From contig CAYPHY010000009.1 of NCBI GenBank assembly GCA_964410625.1, positions 48,992-112,991 on the forward strand: 64,000 bases of DNA. The letters run 5' to 3'. The stretch is from an uncultured Ardenticatenaceae bacterium. Its GTDB lineage: Bacteria; Chloroflexota; Anaerolineae; Promineifilales; Promineifilaceae. Below, piece by piece: positions 1 to 9,684 of this stretch. The notes under the pieces were generated by a model that was not told the DNA's origin, did not search any database, and saw nothing but the letters and a program-made list of their open reading frames with translations. A program made the position numbers and the translations under genes. The stretch's first letter is position 1. Each line of letters begins with the position of its first letter.

Positions 1-820
1 CCATCGGCCGCGCAAACGCCGCCACCACATCTGCTGGATAGCCTCGACCAACCAACGGGTCGAGATACCAACGGTTGATGTGGCCGTCGCCCATCCATGC
101 GGCCGCGCGGTCGGCCGGGCTGTGAGAAGCGGCAGTGAAGGGCGTGTAATTCAGCACCATGCCTACTTCGGCCCCAGGGCTGTTTTGGCGAATGATTGGC
201 ACAGCCATTCCATGCGCCAGCAACAAATGGTGCGCGGTCGCCAGCATCTCGTCCACATCTTGATGGCCCGGCGCATGATCACCGGTCAGATAGCCGAGCC
301 AGGCAATGACCCAGGGTTCGTTAAATGTTACCCACTTCTGGATGCGGTCTCCCAGTGTGCGCGTCACCAGCTCGCTATATTGGACAAAGGCCTCGGCCGT
401 GGCTCGTTGCGGCCAACCGCCCTCATCTTGTAAGACCTGGGGCAAGTCCCAATGATAAAGCGTCGCCATTGGTTCGATCCCTGCCTCCAACAGTGCGTCA
501 ACCAACCGGCTGTAAAAATCAAGCCCAGGTTCATTGACACGGCCGCGACCTGCGGGCAACACCCGTGGCCAGGCAATCGAGAAGCGGTATGCTGTTAGCC
601 CCAGCGCTTTCATCAAGTCAATGTCTTCCCGCCAGCGATGGTAATGCTCACAGGCGATGCTGCCCGTGTCGCCATTGAGCACCTTGCCCGGTGTATTCGA
701 GAAACGGTCCCAGATTGATTCGCCACGGCCGTCTTCTGTGCAAGCCCCTTCAATTTGATAGGAGGCAGTGGCCGCCCCCCAGAGAAAGTCTTCAGGAAAT
801 GTAAAGGTCGTTTGCTTCAT
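1..820 (-). CDS. Glycoside hydrolase family 1 beta-glucosidase, N-terminal ~273 codons (3' end lies beyond the window start)
   Basis: Absent from the ORF track because it runs off the edge. My minus-strand translation from the ATG (cat at 818-820) reads [26 protein letters not shown]...[10 protein letters not shown]...TLYHWDLPQ...WVTFNEPW. This contains the GH1 N-terminal signature and the TFNEP acid/base motif. An AAGGAGAGG RBS lies at 822-830. Confidence 0.9.
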   Translation of the reverse strand, partial: MKQTTFTFPEDFLWGAATASYQIEGACTEDGRGESIWDRFSNTPGKVLNGDTGSIACEHYHRWREDIDLMKALGLTAYRFSIAWPRVLPAGRGRVNEPGLDFYSRLVDALLEAGIEPMATLYHWDLPQVLQDEGGWPQRATAEAFVQYSELVTRTLGDRIQKWVTFNEPWVIAWLGYLTGDHAPGHQDVDEMLATAHHLLLAHGMAVPIIRQNSPGAEVGMVLNYTPFTAASHSPADRAAAWMGDGHINRWYLDPLVGRGYPADVVAAFARPM

Positions 821-1057
821 ACCTCTCCTTGTCTGTTGGTATAGTGGTCAATTGGTATATTGGTTTACTGGTCTCCTGGTATAATTGAATTCACTCGTAC
901 AGTGATGGACTAGTGTGGATTAATATACCATCATCCCCATATACCTAGAGCGAAGTAGGGTAGCAGATTAGCGGCCATCACTCAAGCTATTGCTGCGGGT
1001 TGGTGTGGGTTGATGTGGGTTGGTATGGACGAGTGATTGTGATAAGATGATCGCACT

Positions 1058-1483
1058 ATGGCTACAAATACCATTCCTGAATCACATCTTGACTTAATCG
1101 CCGGACCGGTTCATGCGGTACTGACAACCATTTCCCCCAGCGGCAAGCCGGAGAACACGGTTGTCTGGTGCTCGTGGGACGGAGAGTATGTGTTAGTAAA
1201 CACGGCTGACGGCCGCCGCAAACCGGAAAACGTGCGCCATAATCCCTATGTGGCGTTGACGGCCGTTGACCCTGATGATCCTTACCGTTGGGTGGACGTG
1301 CGCGGGATTGTCTATGAGATTGTGGATGATCCCGATTACGCCAACATCAACGCCCATGCCAAGCTCTATACCGGACACGAGCAATATTATGGCGGCTATG
1401 CGCCGATTGAACGCAAAGGCACGGAGAAACGGATCATCTTTAAGATTAAGCCGGAGCGGGTGTTGGTCTATCCGCATCATTAG
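1058..1483 (+). CDS. Pyridoxamine 5'-phosphate oxidase-family (PPOX-class, flavin/F420-dependent-like) protein
   Basis: 141-aa [65 protein letters not shown] is typical of the split-barrel PNPOx-like family. Confidence 0.8.
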   Translation: MATNTIPESHLDLIAGPVHAVLTTISPSGKPENTVVWCSWDGEYVLVNTADGRRKPENVRHNPYVALTAVDPDDPYRWVDVRGIVYEIVDDPDYANINAHAKLYTGHEQYYGGYAPIERKGTEKRIIFKIKPERVLVYPHH

Positions 1484-1619
1484 TGAAGTAGGCAGTAGTG
1501 AGTTGACAGTGGGCAGTTGACGGTAAGCAGTAGTTGTTTATGCTCCGGGCCGGCTGCCGACTGTGAGCGCTGTACTCAGCGCCGACTACCAAGCATTGTT
1601 CTCAATACCGCCAACTAAG

Positions 1620-2114
1620 ATGGACTATCAACTCGATGAACTAAAAACCGAGGATTGGCCCGCTGTGCGGGCGATTTATGAGGCGGGGATTGCCACCGGG
1701 CAGGCGACCTTTGAGACGGCCGTGCCTGCATGGGAGTCCTGGGACGCCGCACACCGCGCCGATTGCCGCCTGGTCGCCCGGCATGATGGCCAGGTCATTG
1801 GTTGGGCTGCGCTTAGCCCAGTCTCCAGCCGCTGTGTCTACGGCGGAGTGGCCGAAGTCAGCGTCTACGTTGATCCGGCGTGGAAAGGAAGAGGTGTGGG
1901 TAAGCGATTGTTGCAAGCCCTGGTCGCCGCTTCGGAGGAGGCTGGGTTGTGGACGTTGCAAGCGAGCATCTTCCCTGAAAATGTTGCCAGCGTGCGTCTA
2001 CATCACAATTGCGGCTTCCGCACTGTGGGAACGCGAGAGCGATTGGGACAACAGTATGGCCGCTGGCGCGACGTCGTTTTGCTAGAACGGCGTAGCAGCG
2101 TCGTGGGTGTATGA
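1620..2114 (+). CDS. GNAT N-acetyltransferase, phosphinothricin/methionine-sulfoximine acetyltransferase-like
   Basis: WPAVRAIYEAGIATGQATFET...VYGGVAEVSVYVDPAWKGRGVGKRLL...ASIFPENVASVRLHHNCGFRTVGTRERLGQQYGRWRDVVLLERR matches the PAT-type GNAT pattern. I prefer the ATG at 1620 over the GTG at 1563 given in the track. Confidence 0.85.
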   Translation: MDYQLDELKTEDWPAVRAIYEAGIATGQATFETAVPAWESWDAAHRADCRLVARHDGQVIGWAALSPVSSRCVYGGVAEVSVYVDPAWKGRGVGKRLLQALVAASEEAGLWTLQASIFPENVASVRLHHNCGFRTVGTRERLGQQYGRWRDVVLLERRSSVVGV

Positions 2115-2117
2115 GTA

Positions 2118-3041
2118 GTGGAGGAAAAGAGAGTTGTCCAGGGACGGCCGTTCCTCAAATGGGCGGGGGGCAAGGCGCGGCTCTTGCCACAACTGGAAGC
2201 GTTGTTTCCGCCGGAGCTAAGCAACGGGGACATCCGCCGCTATGTGGAGCCGTTTGTTGGTAGTGGCGCCGTCTTTTTCCACATCGCCTCCTGCTATTCA
2301 ATTGAGGAGTTCCATCTGGCCGACGCCAATCCCGAATTGATCCTGCTCTATTGCACCATTCAGCAGGATGTAGAGGGCTTGATCGCCCAGTTGCAGCGTA
2401 TAGAACGGGATTACCGGTCGTTGACGGAGAACGGCCGCCACGATTATTACTATGCCGTTCGCCAGCAACTGAACAACCAACGAGCCACAACCGACTTCGG
2501 CAACTTCAGCCCGGCCTGGCTCGAACGGAGCGCTCAACTGCTCTTTCTCAACCGCACCGGCTACAATGGTCTTTTCCGCGTTAATGCCGCCGGCGAGTTT
2601 AATGTGCCGTTCGGCCGCTATAAAAACCCGACCATTTGCCAGCCGGAGCGACTGCGAACGGCCGCCCGCTTACTACAAAATGTGCAGATTCGACAGGCCC
2701 ATTTTGCTGAATGTGCCGACTTTGTAGACGAGCGCACATTTGTTTACTTTGATCCCCCCTACCGGCCGTTGAGCGCAACCGCCCATTTCACCGCTTATTC
2801 AACGCAGACCTTTGGCGACGACGAACAGCTTGAATTGGCAAGATTTTACTGGATGTTACACGGCCGCGGCGCCAAGTTGATGCTCAGCAATTCCGACCCA
2901 CAAAACACCGACCCCAACGACACCTTCTTTGAGCAGGCCTATGCTGGTTTTCGCCTGGAGCGCGTCCGGGCCAGCCGCCATATCAATAGCCAGCCAGACG
3001 GACGGGGGATGATCAATGAGCTGGTGATTTTGAATTGGTAA
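2118..3041 (+). CDS. Dam-family site-specific DNA (adenine-N6) methyltransferase (orphan)
   Basis: FLKWAGGKARLLPQL (SAM-binding N-terminus), NRTGYNGLFRVN and catalytic VYFDPPYRP motifs. No adjacent endonuclease gene. Confidence 0.9.
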   Translation: MEEKRVVQGRPFLKWAGGKARLLPQLEALFPPELSNGDIRRYVEPFVGSGAVFFHIASCYSIEEFHLADANPELILLYCTIQQDVEGLIAQLQRIERDYRSLTENGRHDYYYAVRQQLNNQRATTDFGNFSPAWLERSAQLLFLNRTGYNGLFRVNAAGEFNVPFGRYKNPTICQPERLRTAARLLQNVQIRQAHFAECADFVDERTFVYFDPPYRPLSATAHFTAYSTQTFGDDEQLELARFYWMLHGRGAKLMLSNSDPQNTDPNDTFFEQAYAGFRLERVRASRHINSQPDGRGMINELVILNW

Positions 3042-3050
3042 TGAGTGTGC

Positions 3051-6000
3051 ATGGCTTCCCTGATTCACAAGCTGGCTAACCAATCTTGGGCGTGGCTCTT
3101 ACTGGCTACGGCTTATGGCTTACCGCTCACTTCTCCGCTGTGGCGGTTGACGGCCGTTCCCTGTACCCACGACGGCCATCTCCATTACCATCGAGTCGCC
3201 GCCATGCGCTATGCCTGGGAGCAGGGGGTCTATTTTACGCGCTGGCTGCCCGATCTCGCCTTTGGCTACGGCTACCCCTTCTTCGTCTATCGCGAACCCG
3301 CGCCGCTGTATATGGCCTTGTGGCCGCATCTCCTCGGCGTTCCCCTTCCGGCGGCCGAAAATCTCTTTTACGCGCTGACCATCCTCGCCTGTGGCTGGTT
3401 CATGTTTCTCTGGGCCAACGATCTCTTCGGCCGTCGCGCCGCCTTGGTCGCCGCCGTCGCCTATATGTCCGCCCCCTACGTATTAATAGACGCGCTGGTT
3501 CGTGGCAACGCGCCGGAGTCGTTGGCGTTGCCGCTGTTCCCATTTTTGTTGTGGAGCGGCCGCCGCTGGCTGCTCGGCCGCCAATCGCGCTACTTGATTG
3601 CCGGCGTTCTTGGCCTGGCCTTGCTTTCGTTTGGTCACAACATCTCCACACTGATTTTTGCGCCGACGTTATTGGTTTATTTGCTGGCCGTTGGCTGGAT
3701 CAACCGCTTGCCGGTGAAGGCAATTCTCGGCCGAGTGGCATTGCTGACGGGGCTAGGGTTGGGTGTCGCTTTTTTCTATACCGGTGGGGCTTTGCTGGAG
3801 ATGGACCAGGTGACGCTGCAACAGTCCACCACCACCCGCAACAACGATTGGCGTTATAACTTCGCCAGTGTGGGCGAAATTCTCGCTCCGGTGGCGGCCG
3901 AAGACCCCAACCTGATCAATCCACCGTTGCCCTTCCGCCTGGGTTGGGTCTCGTTAGGGTTGGCTTTGCTCGGTTCAACGGGACTGTTGTGGTTGAGAGG
4001 GCAGGACTCGACTGAGCGCGAACGTCGCTTGCATATTCTGTTGATGATTCTGGCAACAATCGGCTATTTATTCATGGCGTTGCCGCTATCACGGCCGCTA
4101 TGGGAAGCGTTGCCACTGATTGATTTTGTGCAGTTCCCCTGGCGGTTTGTCGGCCGGGCGGCGTTGCCGGTTGCTTTTCTGGCGGGCGTCCCTTTTAGCG
4201 AATCATTTGTGGAGCGATTTGCCAAATCGCTCTACATAGCTGGGACGCGGACGAACGCGGACAAACGCGGCGGTGAGCACCGTTGGGTAAATGGAGCAGT
4301 ACTGCTGGCGACAGTACTGCTAGTGGCGGAAACTTTGCCCAATCTTTACCCTGCCTATTGCCAGGAAGCGCCGTACCCGACGATCACGGATGTCCATACT
4401 TATGAGCGTGTGACCGGGCTGGTTGGGGTTGACCCGGAAGGGAGCTATTTCCCGCGTACTGTTCGGCAACGGCCGCAAGGCTCAGCCTTAGAAGGAGCGT
4501 ATGAGCGTGGGAGATTGCCGCAGCGGTTTGATGGGACGGTATTGCCGGAGGGGGCGGCGATTGAAAGGGTGGAGTACCAGCCGCTGTCGGCCGTCGTCGA
4601 GCTAAACACACCAACGCCTTTCACGGCGCGTTATTTGAGCTTTGCTTTCCCTGGTTGGCAGGCGGAGGTTGATGGGCAAGGGGTGACGATTACGCCCGGC
4701 GACCCCGATGGCTTGATAACCTTTCCCGTACCCGCTGGAGCGCATACCATCGCTGTACGTTGGACAGCGACCCCCCTGCGTATAGCCCTGAGTGGTGTGA
4801 GTGGGTTGGCATTGTTGCTGACCGTTGCTGCCGCTGTCTGGTTCTCCCGGCGGCCGTTAGCCAGTGTTGCCCCTGTTCCGCTAAGCCGTTCTTCACCTTC
4901 TTTCCTGGTTATCGCTTTCCTTATAGCTTTTGGTCTACTGGCTTTGAAGCTGTTGGTCATCGACCGCATGGATAACCCCTTGCGCCGCACCGGCTCTCCC
5001 GTCGTTGACCAATCAACCGCACTACAGGCGGGAGAACTGCGGCTGGATGGCTATCACTTGAGCCGCGCGAACGTCCCCGCAGGGGAGACGTTTGATATTG
5101 AACTGGCCTGGACGGCTGTCGCCCGGCCGCAAGCTGAGTACCAATCAGCCGTCTCCCTGGTTGGGCCGGAGGGACTGACCTGGAGCGACAAAGATATTGC
5201 ACGGCCGCGCATTTACGAAGACGCCGCGCCGACGCACTTTTGGGAGCCAGGGCAATGGGCCTGGGATAGCCACGAAGTGCCGGTCTTGGCCGGTACGCCA
5301 CCAGGGGTTTATGATATTGTCGTCACCCTCTTTGATCTGGAGACGCTCCAGCCATTGACCGTCGTTGACTTGAACGGTGGGACAGTTGGCCCCACGGCCG
5401 TCGTCGGCCAACTGGAAGTAACCAACCCTGTCGAGCCGCCACACTTTACCCCACAATATCCTTTGCCCGATGGTGGGGCGGCCGTTGCCGGATTGGAGAT
5501 GCGCTTGCTTGGCTATAATCAGGACCGCACCGAGGCGATCCCTGGCGATATTGTCTTGCTAACCCTCTTTTGGGAGCGAGAGGGGGAGGCGGCCGCTTCC
5601 TTTACTCTCAGTCTGCTTGATGAGGCGGGGCAAAGCGTGCACTCGTGGGAACTGCCAATCACGCGACCCGATTTTCCGCCAGAACAATGGACGGCCGACC
5701 AACGCCTGCGCGGCCAATACCTGGTGCGTCTCCCTGCTTCGTTGGCCGACGGCCGTTACCAATTTCTACTTCAGGATACGCTGCCGCTCGGCGAGCTGTC
5801 TGTCACTGCCCCTGAGCGTTTATTCTCTCCGCCACCAATTGAGACACCGTTGACGGCCGATTTCATTGAAGCTACCGAGCCTGTTATCCAGTTATCTGGC
5901 TATACGCTCACTTCCGTTGATAATTCACAATTGACAATTGACAATTCACAATTACTAACGCTTGTCTGGCAATCTTTGGCCGAAACCGAAACCAGTTACC

Positions 6001-6251
6001 GCGTCTTTGTCCACGTGGTGGATGAGGCAGGGCAGATCGTCGCCCAATCTGACGGCGAACCGGCGAATTGGACACGGCCGACAACCAGTTGGACGGCCGG
6101 TGAATATATTGTTGATGAACACATACTAATGCTCCCCGCGGGCGTTCCTCCTGAGCAGCTATCTATCCGCGTTGGTCTCTATGATCCTGATAGCGGGCAA
6201 CGTTTGTTGACTGATGGGGGAGCGGCCGATTTCATTACGCTTGAACCATAG
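3051..6251 (+). CDS. Large polytopic membrane protein: N-terminal glycosyltransferase-like (GT-C/PMT/YfhO-like) multi-TM domain plus extracytoplasmic beta-rich repeats
   Basis: 1066-aa ORF (ATG at 3051; the track starts at the GTG at 3045). It has about 10 or more hydrophobic segments in the first ~420 aa, one further TM near aa 590-640, and a long soluble C-terminal region with repeated ...GY/LLGY...W motifs. The function is an inference. An in-frame heptamer-array insertion lies at 5916-5957. Confidence 0.7.
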   Translation: MASLIHKLANQSWAWLLLATAYGLPLTSPLWRLTAVPCTHDGHLHYHRVAAMRYAWEQGVYFTRWLPDLAFGYGYPFFVYREPAPLYMALWPHLLGVPLPAAENLFYALTILACGWFMFLWANDLFGRRAALVAAVAYMSAPYVLIDALVRGNAPESLALPLFPFLLWSGRRWLLGRQSRYLIAGVLGLALLSFGHNISTLIFAPTLLVYLLAVGWINRLPVKAILGRVALLTGLGLGVAFFYTGGALLEMDQVTLQQSTTTRNNDWRYNFASVGEILAPVAAEDPNLINPPLPFRLGWVSLGLALLGSTGLLWLRGQDSTERERRLHILLMILATIGYLFMALPLSRPLWEALPLIDFVQFPWRFVGRAALPVAFLAGVPFSESFVERFAKSLYIAGTRTNADKRGGEHRWVNGAVLLATVLLVAETLPNLYPAYCQEAPYPTITDVHTYERVTGLVGVDPEGSYFPRTVRQRPQGSALEGAYERGRLPQRFDGTVLPEGAAIERVEYQPLSAVVELNTPTPFTARYLSFAFPGWQAEVDGQGVTITPGDPDGLITFPVPAGAHTIAVRWTATPLRIALSGVSGLALLLTVAAAVWFSRRPLASVAPVPLSRSSPSFLVIAFLIAFGLLALKLLVIDRMDNPLRRTGSPVVDQSTALQAGELRLDGYHLSRANVPAGETFDIELAWTAVARPQAEYQSAVSLVGPEGLTWSDKDIARPRIYEDAAPTHFWEPGQWAWDSHEVPVLAGTPPGVYDIVVTLFDLETLQPLTVVDLNGGTVGPTAVVGQLEVTNPVEPPHFTPQYPLPDGGAAVAGLEMRLLGYNQDRTEAIPGDIVLLTLFWEREGEAAASFTLSLLDEAGQSVHSWELPITRPDFPPEQWTADQRLRGQYLVRLPASLADGRYQFLLQDTLPLGELSVTAPERLFSPPPIETPLTADFIEATEPVIQLSGYTLTSVDNSQLTIDNSQLLTLVWQSLAETETSYRVFVHVVDEAGQIVAQSDGEPANWTRPTTSWTAGEYIVDEHILMLPAGVPPEQLSIRVGLYDPDSGQRLLTDGGAADFITLEP
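5916..5957 (+). repeat. Heptamer array (ATTNACA x6) inserted in frame inside a CDS
   Basis: gttgata attcaca attgaca attgaca attcaca attacta. This is 42 nt = 14 codons and encodes VDNSQLTIDNSQLL. The same word family occurs in intergenic arrays at 31654-31688, 37644-37685 and 49984-50032. Confidence 0.8.
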
Positions 6252-6464
6252 AAATGCCTCTACGACCAGAAGATGCAGCCTGGGTTTCTTCGCTTATCCT
6301 CCCCGAATAAGTTGCTCATATATTTTTCTTACACAGCGTTTATTTCTTTCATATGTGCTTCCTTAGAATAGGGGATAGTTAGTGTTGACGTGGAACGCCC
6401 CCAATTGTGGAAGGGCTGAACAAATGAGAAAAACAAACAGTTACGTGTAAGTGGAGGTGTGAAT

Positions 6465-6914
6465 ATGAGAATGATTACCCGTTGGAACCCAACTCGTGAA
6501 GCGTTAGATCTATTTAACGAATTTGAGCGGCTGTTTGACCGCGCTTATCGCGGTAGCGTGGATACCCCGACTACCTGGGGTTTGGCGCTTGATGTGATTG
6601 AGCAAGATGAGCATTTCATCGTTAAGACTTCTGTACCTGGCATTAACCCCGACGATTTGAACATTACCCTAGAGGATAATGTTCTGACCATTCAGGGTGA
6701 GATGCAGTCTGAAGAAACCGCCAATGAGGGCAAATATCATCTGCGCGAGCGGCGTTATGGCAGCTTCGGCCGCACCTTGCGCTTCCCTGTTGCTGTCAAT
6801 GCCGACGCAGTAGAGGCCAACTATCACAATGGCGTCCTGTCGCTCACGGTTCCGAAGGCCGAGGAAGTGAAGCCAAAGCGCATCGCGATTAAGGCAAACG
6901 GTTCGCAAAGTTAA
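6465..6914 (+). CDS. Small heat-shock protein, Hsp20/alpha-crystallin family
   Basis: Alpha-crystallin domain: DVIEQDEHFIVKTSVPGINPDDLNITLEDNVLTIQGE...RERRYGSFGRTLRFP...GVLSLTVPK. GGAGG lies 7 nt upstream of the ATG at 6465. Confidence 0.92.
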   Translation: MRMITRWNPTREALDLFNEFERLFDRAYRGSVDTPTTWGLALDVIEQDEHFIVKTSVPGINPDDLNITLEDNVLTIQGEMQSEETANEGKYHLRERRYGSFGRTLRFPVAVNADAVEANYHNGVLSLTVPKAEEVKPKRIAIKANGSQS

Positions 6915-6952
6915 CCAAATCAACCAAGTAACCTACACTGATTAATTCCAAA

Positions 6953-6987
6953 GGCGTTGGATATCTATTATCCAACGCCTTTTTTTA
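6953..6987 (+). terminator. Rho-independent terminator downstream of hsp20
   Basis: GGCGTTGGAT (6953-6962) pairs with ATCCAACGCC (6970-6979), with a 7-nt loop, followed by TTTTTTT. Confidence 0.75.
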
Positions 6988-7052
6988 TCCATGTGCTGCG
7001 TGCAAACCCGATTTATAAACACCAGCCATTGGATAGGTGTATAATCGTTGGG

Positions 7053-7916
7053 ATGGATTGGTTTCAGATTGGTGGTTTACCGGAACGAGTTTGTATCGTT
7101 GGTTTAGGGTTAATGGGCGGGTCGCTGGCGATGGCATTGCGCGGCCGTGTCTCCACGATCATTGGCGTTGACGCAAACGCCGATACCCGTCAGATGGCGC
7201 TAGAACAGCAGATTGTCCACCAGGCGACGGCCGACCTCGCCGAAGGCATTCGCCACGCTGACCTGCTTATTCTCGCCACCCCGGTGCGGTCAATCTTGCA
7301 GCTCTTAGCTGAGCTTCCCCGTCTACGGCCGGATGGTTGCCTGGTCTTGGACATCGGCAGCACGAAGCAGGTGATTTGCGACGCGATGACCGCATTGCCC
7401 GATAGCTTCCAGGCGATAGGCGGCCACCCGATGTGCGGCCGCGAGACCGCCGGACTGGCTGCGGCAACGGCCGATCTCTACCAGGGTCATACCTTCATCC
7501 TCTGTCGCCATGGGCGAACAACGGCCGCCGTTGAAGCCGTGGCGCTCAATTTGATTGCGACGATTGGCAGCCGTCCCCTGTTTCTCTCGCCGCAAGACCA
7601 CGATGTAGCGGTGGCGGCCGTGAGCCACTTACCCTATCTGGTGGCGGCGGCGTTAATAGACCAGTCAGATGAGAAACATTGGCCGGTCAGCGCTTCCGGC
7701 TTCCGCGATACCACACGCCTGGCGGGGACCGATCCGCGGATGATCCTCGACGTGTTATTGACCAATCGTGAGGCAGTGTTGGTTGGGTTACAGGCTTACC
7801 AGGGGGAACTTTCTCAGGTGGCAGAATGGTTGGCCGCGGCCGACGAGACGGCGCTGCTTGAGTGGGTGCAGAACGTTAACGGCCGCTACCAAGAGTACCG
7901 TCGCCAGCGTACCTGA
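7053..7916 (+). CDS. tyrA: Prephenate dehydrogenase
   Basis: NAD-binding VCIVGLGLMGGSLAMAL, ILATPV, DIGSTK and GGHPMCG motifs. I prefer the ATG at 7053, because the track start at 6957 would overlap the hsp20 terminator. Confidence 0.85.
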   Translation: MDWFQIGGLPERVCIVGLGLMGGSLAMALRGRVSTIIGVDANADTRQMALEQQIVHQATADLAEGIRHADLLILATPVRSILQLLAELPRLRPDGCLVLDIGSTKQVICDAMTALPDSFQAIGGHPMCGRETAGLAAATADLYQGHTFILCRHGRTTAAVEAVALNLIATIGSRPLFLSPQDHDVAVAAVSHLPYLVAAALIDQSDEKHWPVSASGFRDTTRLAGTDPRMILDVLLTNREAVLVGLQAYQGELSQVAEWLAAADETALLEWVQNVNGRYQEYRRQRT

Positions 7917-7929
7917 TCCGTTCAGGTTA

Positions 7930-8619
7930 TTAGCTAACTTCCGGTGTGAGTTGCTGGTAATAATTGCAGAGGTCTTTCAGCGGACAGATGGCGCAGTGGG
8001 GATTGCGGGCGCGGCAGATTTCGCGGCCGTGGCGGATCAAGTTGAGGTGCATCGGGTAAAAGGTCTCTGGATCGCCCATGGATTCGAGGATAGCGTGCGC
8101 TTTTTCGGCGCTGACACGCGGGCCGATCAGCCCCAGACGGCCGGTGACGCGATGGACATGGGTATCCACCGGAAAGGCGGGACGGCCGAAGGCGAAGAGC
8201 AGGATGATCGCCGCCGTCTTTGGCCCAATGCCGTCAATCGCCGTCAACCACGCTTTCGCTTCTTCCAACGGCAGTTCCATCAAAAAATCGAGGCTTAGTT
8301 CGCCGCGTGTCTCGTAGATATGGCGTAGTGCAGCCTGGATTCGTGGCCCCTTCTGGTTCGCCAACCCTGCCGAGCGTATCGTTGTCACGACATCGGCCGT
8401 TGGCGCATTCATCACTGCTTCCCAGGAAGGGAAACGTTCTTTCAAGGCGAAAAAGCCCTTATCACGGTTGATGTCAGAGGTAGATTGGGAGAGGATGGTG
8501 GAGACCAGTTCGTCTATCGGGGGGAGGTGCGGCCGCCAGGTTGGTTCGCCATACGTTTCCTTGAGGATTTGATAGACGGCCGCGTACTTTTCCACCGGTT
8601 CTAGTTGCAACGATTCCAT
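7930..8619 (-). CDS. nth: Endonuclease III-like HhH-GPD base-excision DNA glycosylase with a 4Fe-4S cluster
   Basis: Helix-hairpin-helix LTAIDGIGPKTAAIILLFAFGRPAFPVDTHVHRV and C-terminal CRARNPHCAICPLKDLC cysteine ligands. Confidence 0.9.
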   Translation of the reverse strand: MESLQLEPVEKYAAVYQILKETYGEPTWRPHLPPIDELVSTILSQSTSDINRDKGFFALKERFPSWEAVMNAPTADVVTTIRSAGLANQKGPRIQAALRHIYETRGELSLDFLMELPLEEAKAWLTAIDGIGPKTAAIILLFAFGRPAFPVDTHVHRVTGRLGLIGPRVSAEKAHAILESMGDPETFYPMHLNLIRHGREICRARNPHCAICPLKDLCNYYQQLTPEVS

Positions 8620-8660
8620 ACCCTCTTATTCTAGCCCTTTCTCCCCCATCTGCCGACCAA

Positions 8661-8697
8661 TCCTCTCCCCACTCCTCACTCCCCACTCTCCACTACT
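8661..8697. repeat. Heptamer array (NCCACTC x5, complement GAGTGGN)
   Basis: tcctctc cccactc ctcactc cccactc tccacta. It lies between the nth start and the stop of the wHTH regulator gene. Same word family as 15825-15915. Confidence 0.7.
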
Positions 8698-9016
8698 CCG
8701 GCTTCCACGACAGGGAGTTGTGACGCAAGGCGTCGAGTTGCTGCCAATGTTGGTTAATGGCAGCACGGCCGTCGGCGGTCAGTGCCACTTGTGTGTTCGG
8801 CTTCTTGCCGATGAACTGCTTCTCAATCTGTACCAGCTTCCCTTCCTCCAGCTTAGAGAGATGGCTGGAAAGGTTGCCCTTAGAAAGTCCAGTCAGCCGT
8901 TGCAAATAGAGGAAATCCGCGCTTTCACAGGCGGCGAGGGCGGTCATAATCGCCAACCGTGCCGGTTCATGGATCAGCTTGTTTAGATTCGCCAATTCTT
9001 CAAATAGTTCAGCCAT
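8693..9016 (-). CDS. Winged-helix transcriptional regulator (ArsR/HTH_34-like)
   Basis: 107 aa. HEPARLAIMTALAACESADFLYLQRLTGLSKGNLSSHLSKLEEGKLVQIEKQF is a classic wHTH. It overlaps the upstream membrane gene by 8 nt. Confidence 0.75.
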   Translation of the reverse strand: MAELFEELANLNKLIHEPARLAIMTALAACESADFLYLQRLTGLSKGNLSSHLSKLEEGKLVQIEKQFIGKKPNTQVALTADGRAAINQHWQQLDALRHNSLSWKPE

Positions 9017-9638
9017 TTTGCTCCCGTGAATTAAGCTGGAATGTGCGAACCAAAAGAATATGATCGAGGATACTGGTTAAAACAATCGCTGCCCCACCGG
9101 CAATAAAGAAAACGTCGCTGGCTACAAAAACATTTTCTGAAGATAGATTGAAAAACAGGGGTAGAAAGCCAATGCCAATGAACAGCAAGCCCGCCACTAT
9201 ATAGTACCAACGATAGCGCTGGGTGCGAACTCGCGCAAGGTACATTAGATACCCTCCAAATACAATGATAGCCAGGCCAACAGGCAAGCGCAGAAGGAGG
9301 TCGCCGATAACAGCAGCGAGGAACAAGACGATGAAAATTCTCCCTTCTCGTTCTTCTCGTTGCTGATCTTCCCAAGCGCGTCTGACCTTGCCAAAGCGAT
9401 TGCTATAGTATTGGCTGATTAGCCAATATAATCCACCAACCAGTAATAATCCCCATAGCGTCCAGGTACGGCCGATAACCGTTTGCTCCAACCAGGGGAA
9501 GTATCCAGCGTTATCCAGGCCCAAGAGGATAAAGTAGATGCCTAATGGCACAAACTTCAATCCTTGCAGTTGGTTATAGTTCTGGGTGACGTACTGTACA
9601 CGGTTCAAGTTCATCATATGTGACTCCTTTATCCACAA
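9009..9638 (-). CDS. Integral membrane protein (about 6 TM), paralog of 9685-10254
   Basis: 209-aa hydrophobic ORF. The N-terminus RVQYVTQNYNQLQGLKFVP parallels RMRYVTENYLNLQGLRWV of its neighbour. Both share the motif Y..QYG.V / YYSNRFGKV after TM2. Confidence 0.65.
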   Translation of the reverse strand: MWIKESHMMNLNRVQYVTQNYNQLQGLKFVPLGIYFILLGLDNAGYFPWLEQTVIGRTWTLWGLLLVGGLYWLISQYYSNRFGKVRRAWEDQQREEREGRIFIVLFLAAVIGDLLLRLPVGLAIIVFGGYLMYLARVRTQRYRWYYIVAGLLFIGIGFLPLFFNLSSENVFVASDVFFIAGGAAIVLTSILDHILLVRTFQLNSREQNG

Positions 9639-9684
9639 TCTACTGCATCTATAAGACGCTGTAGGTAGTATGGATACACTTAAC

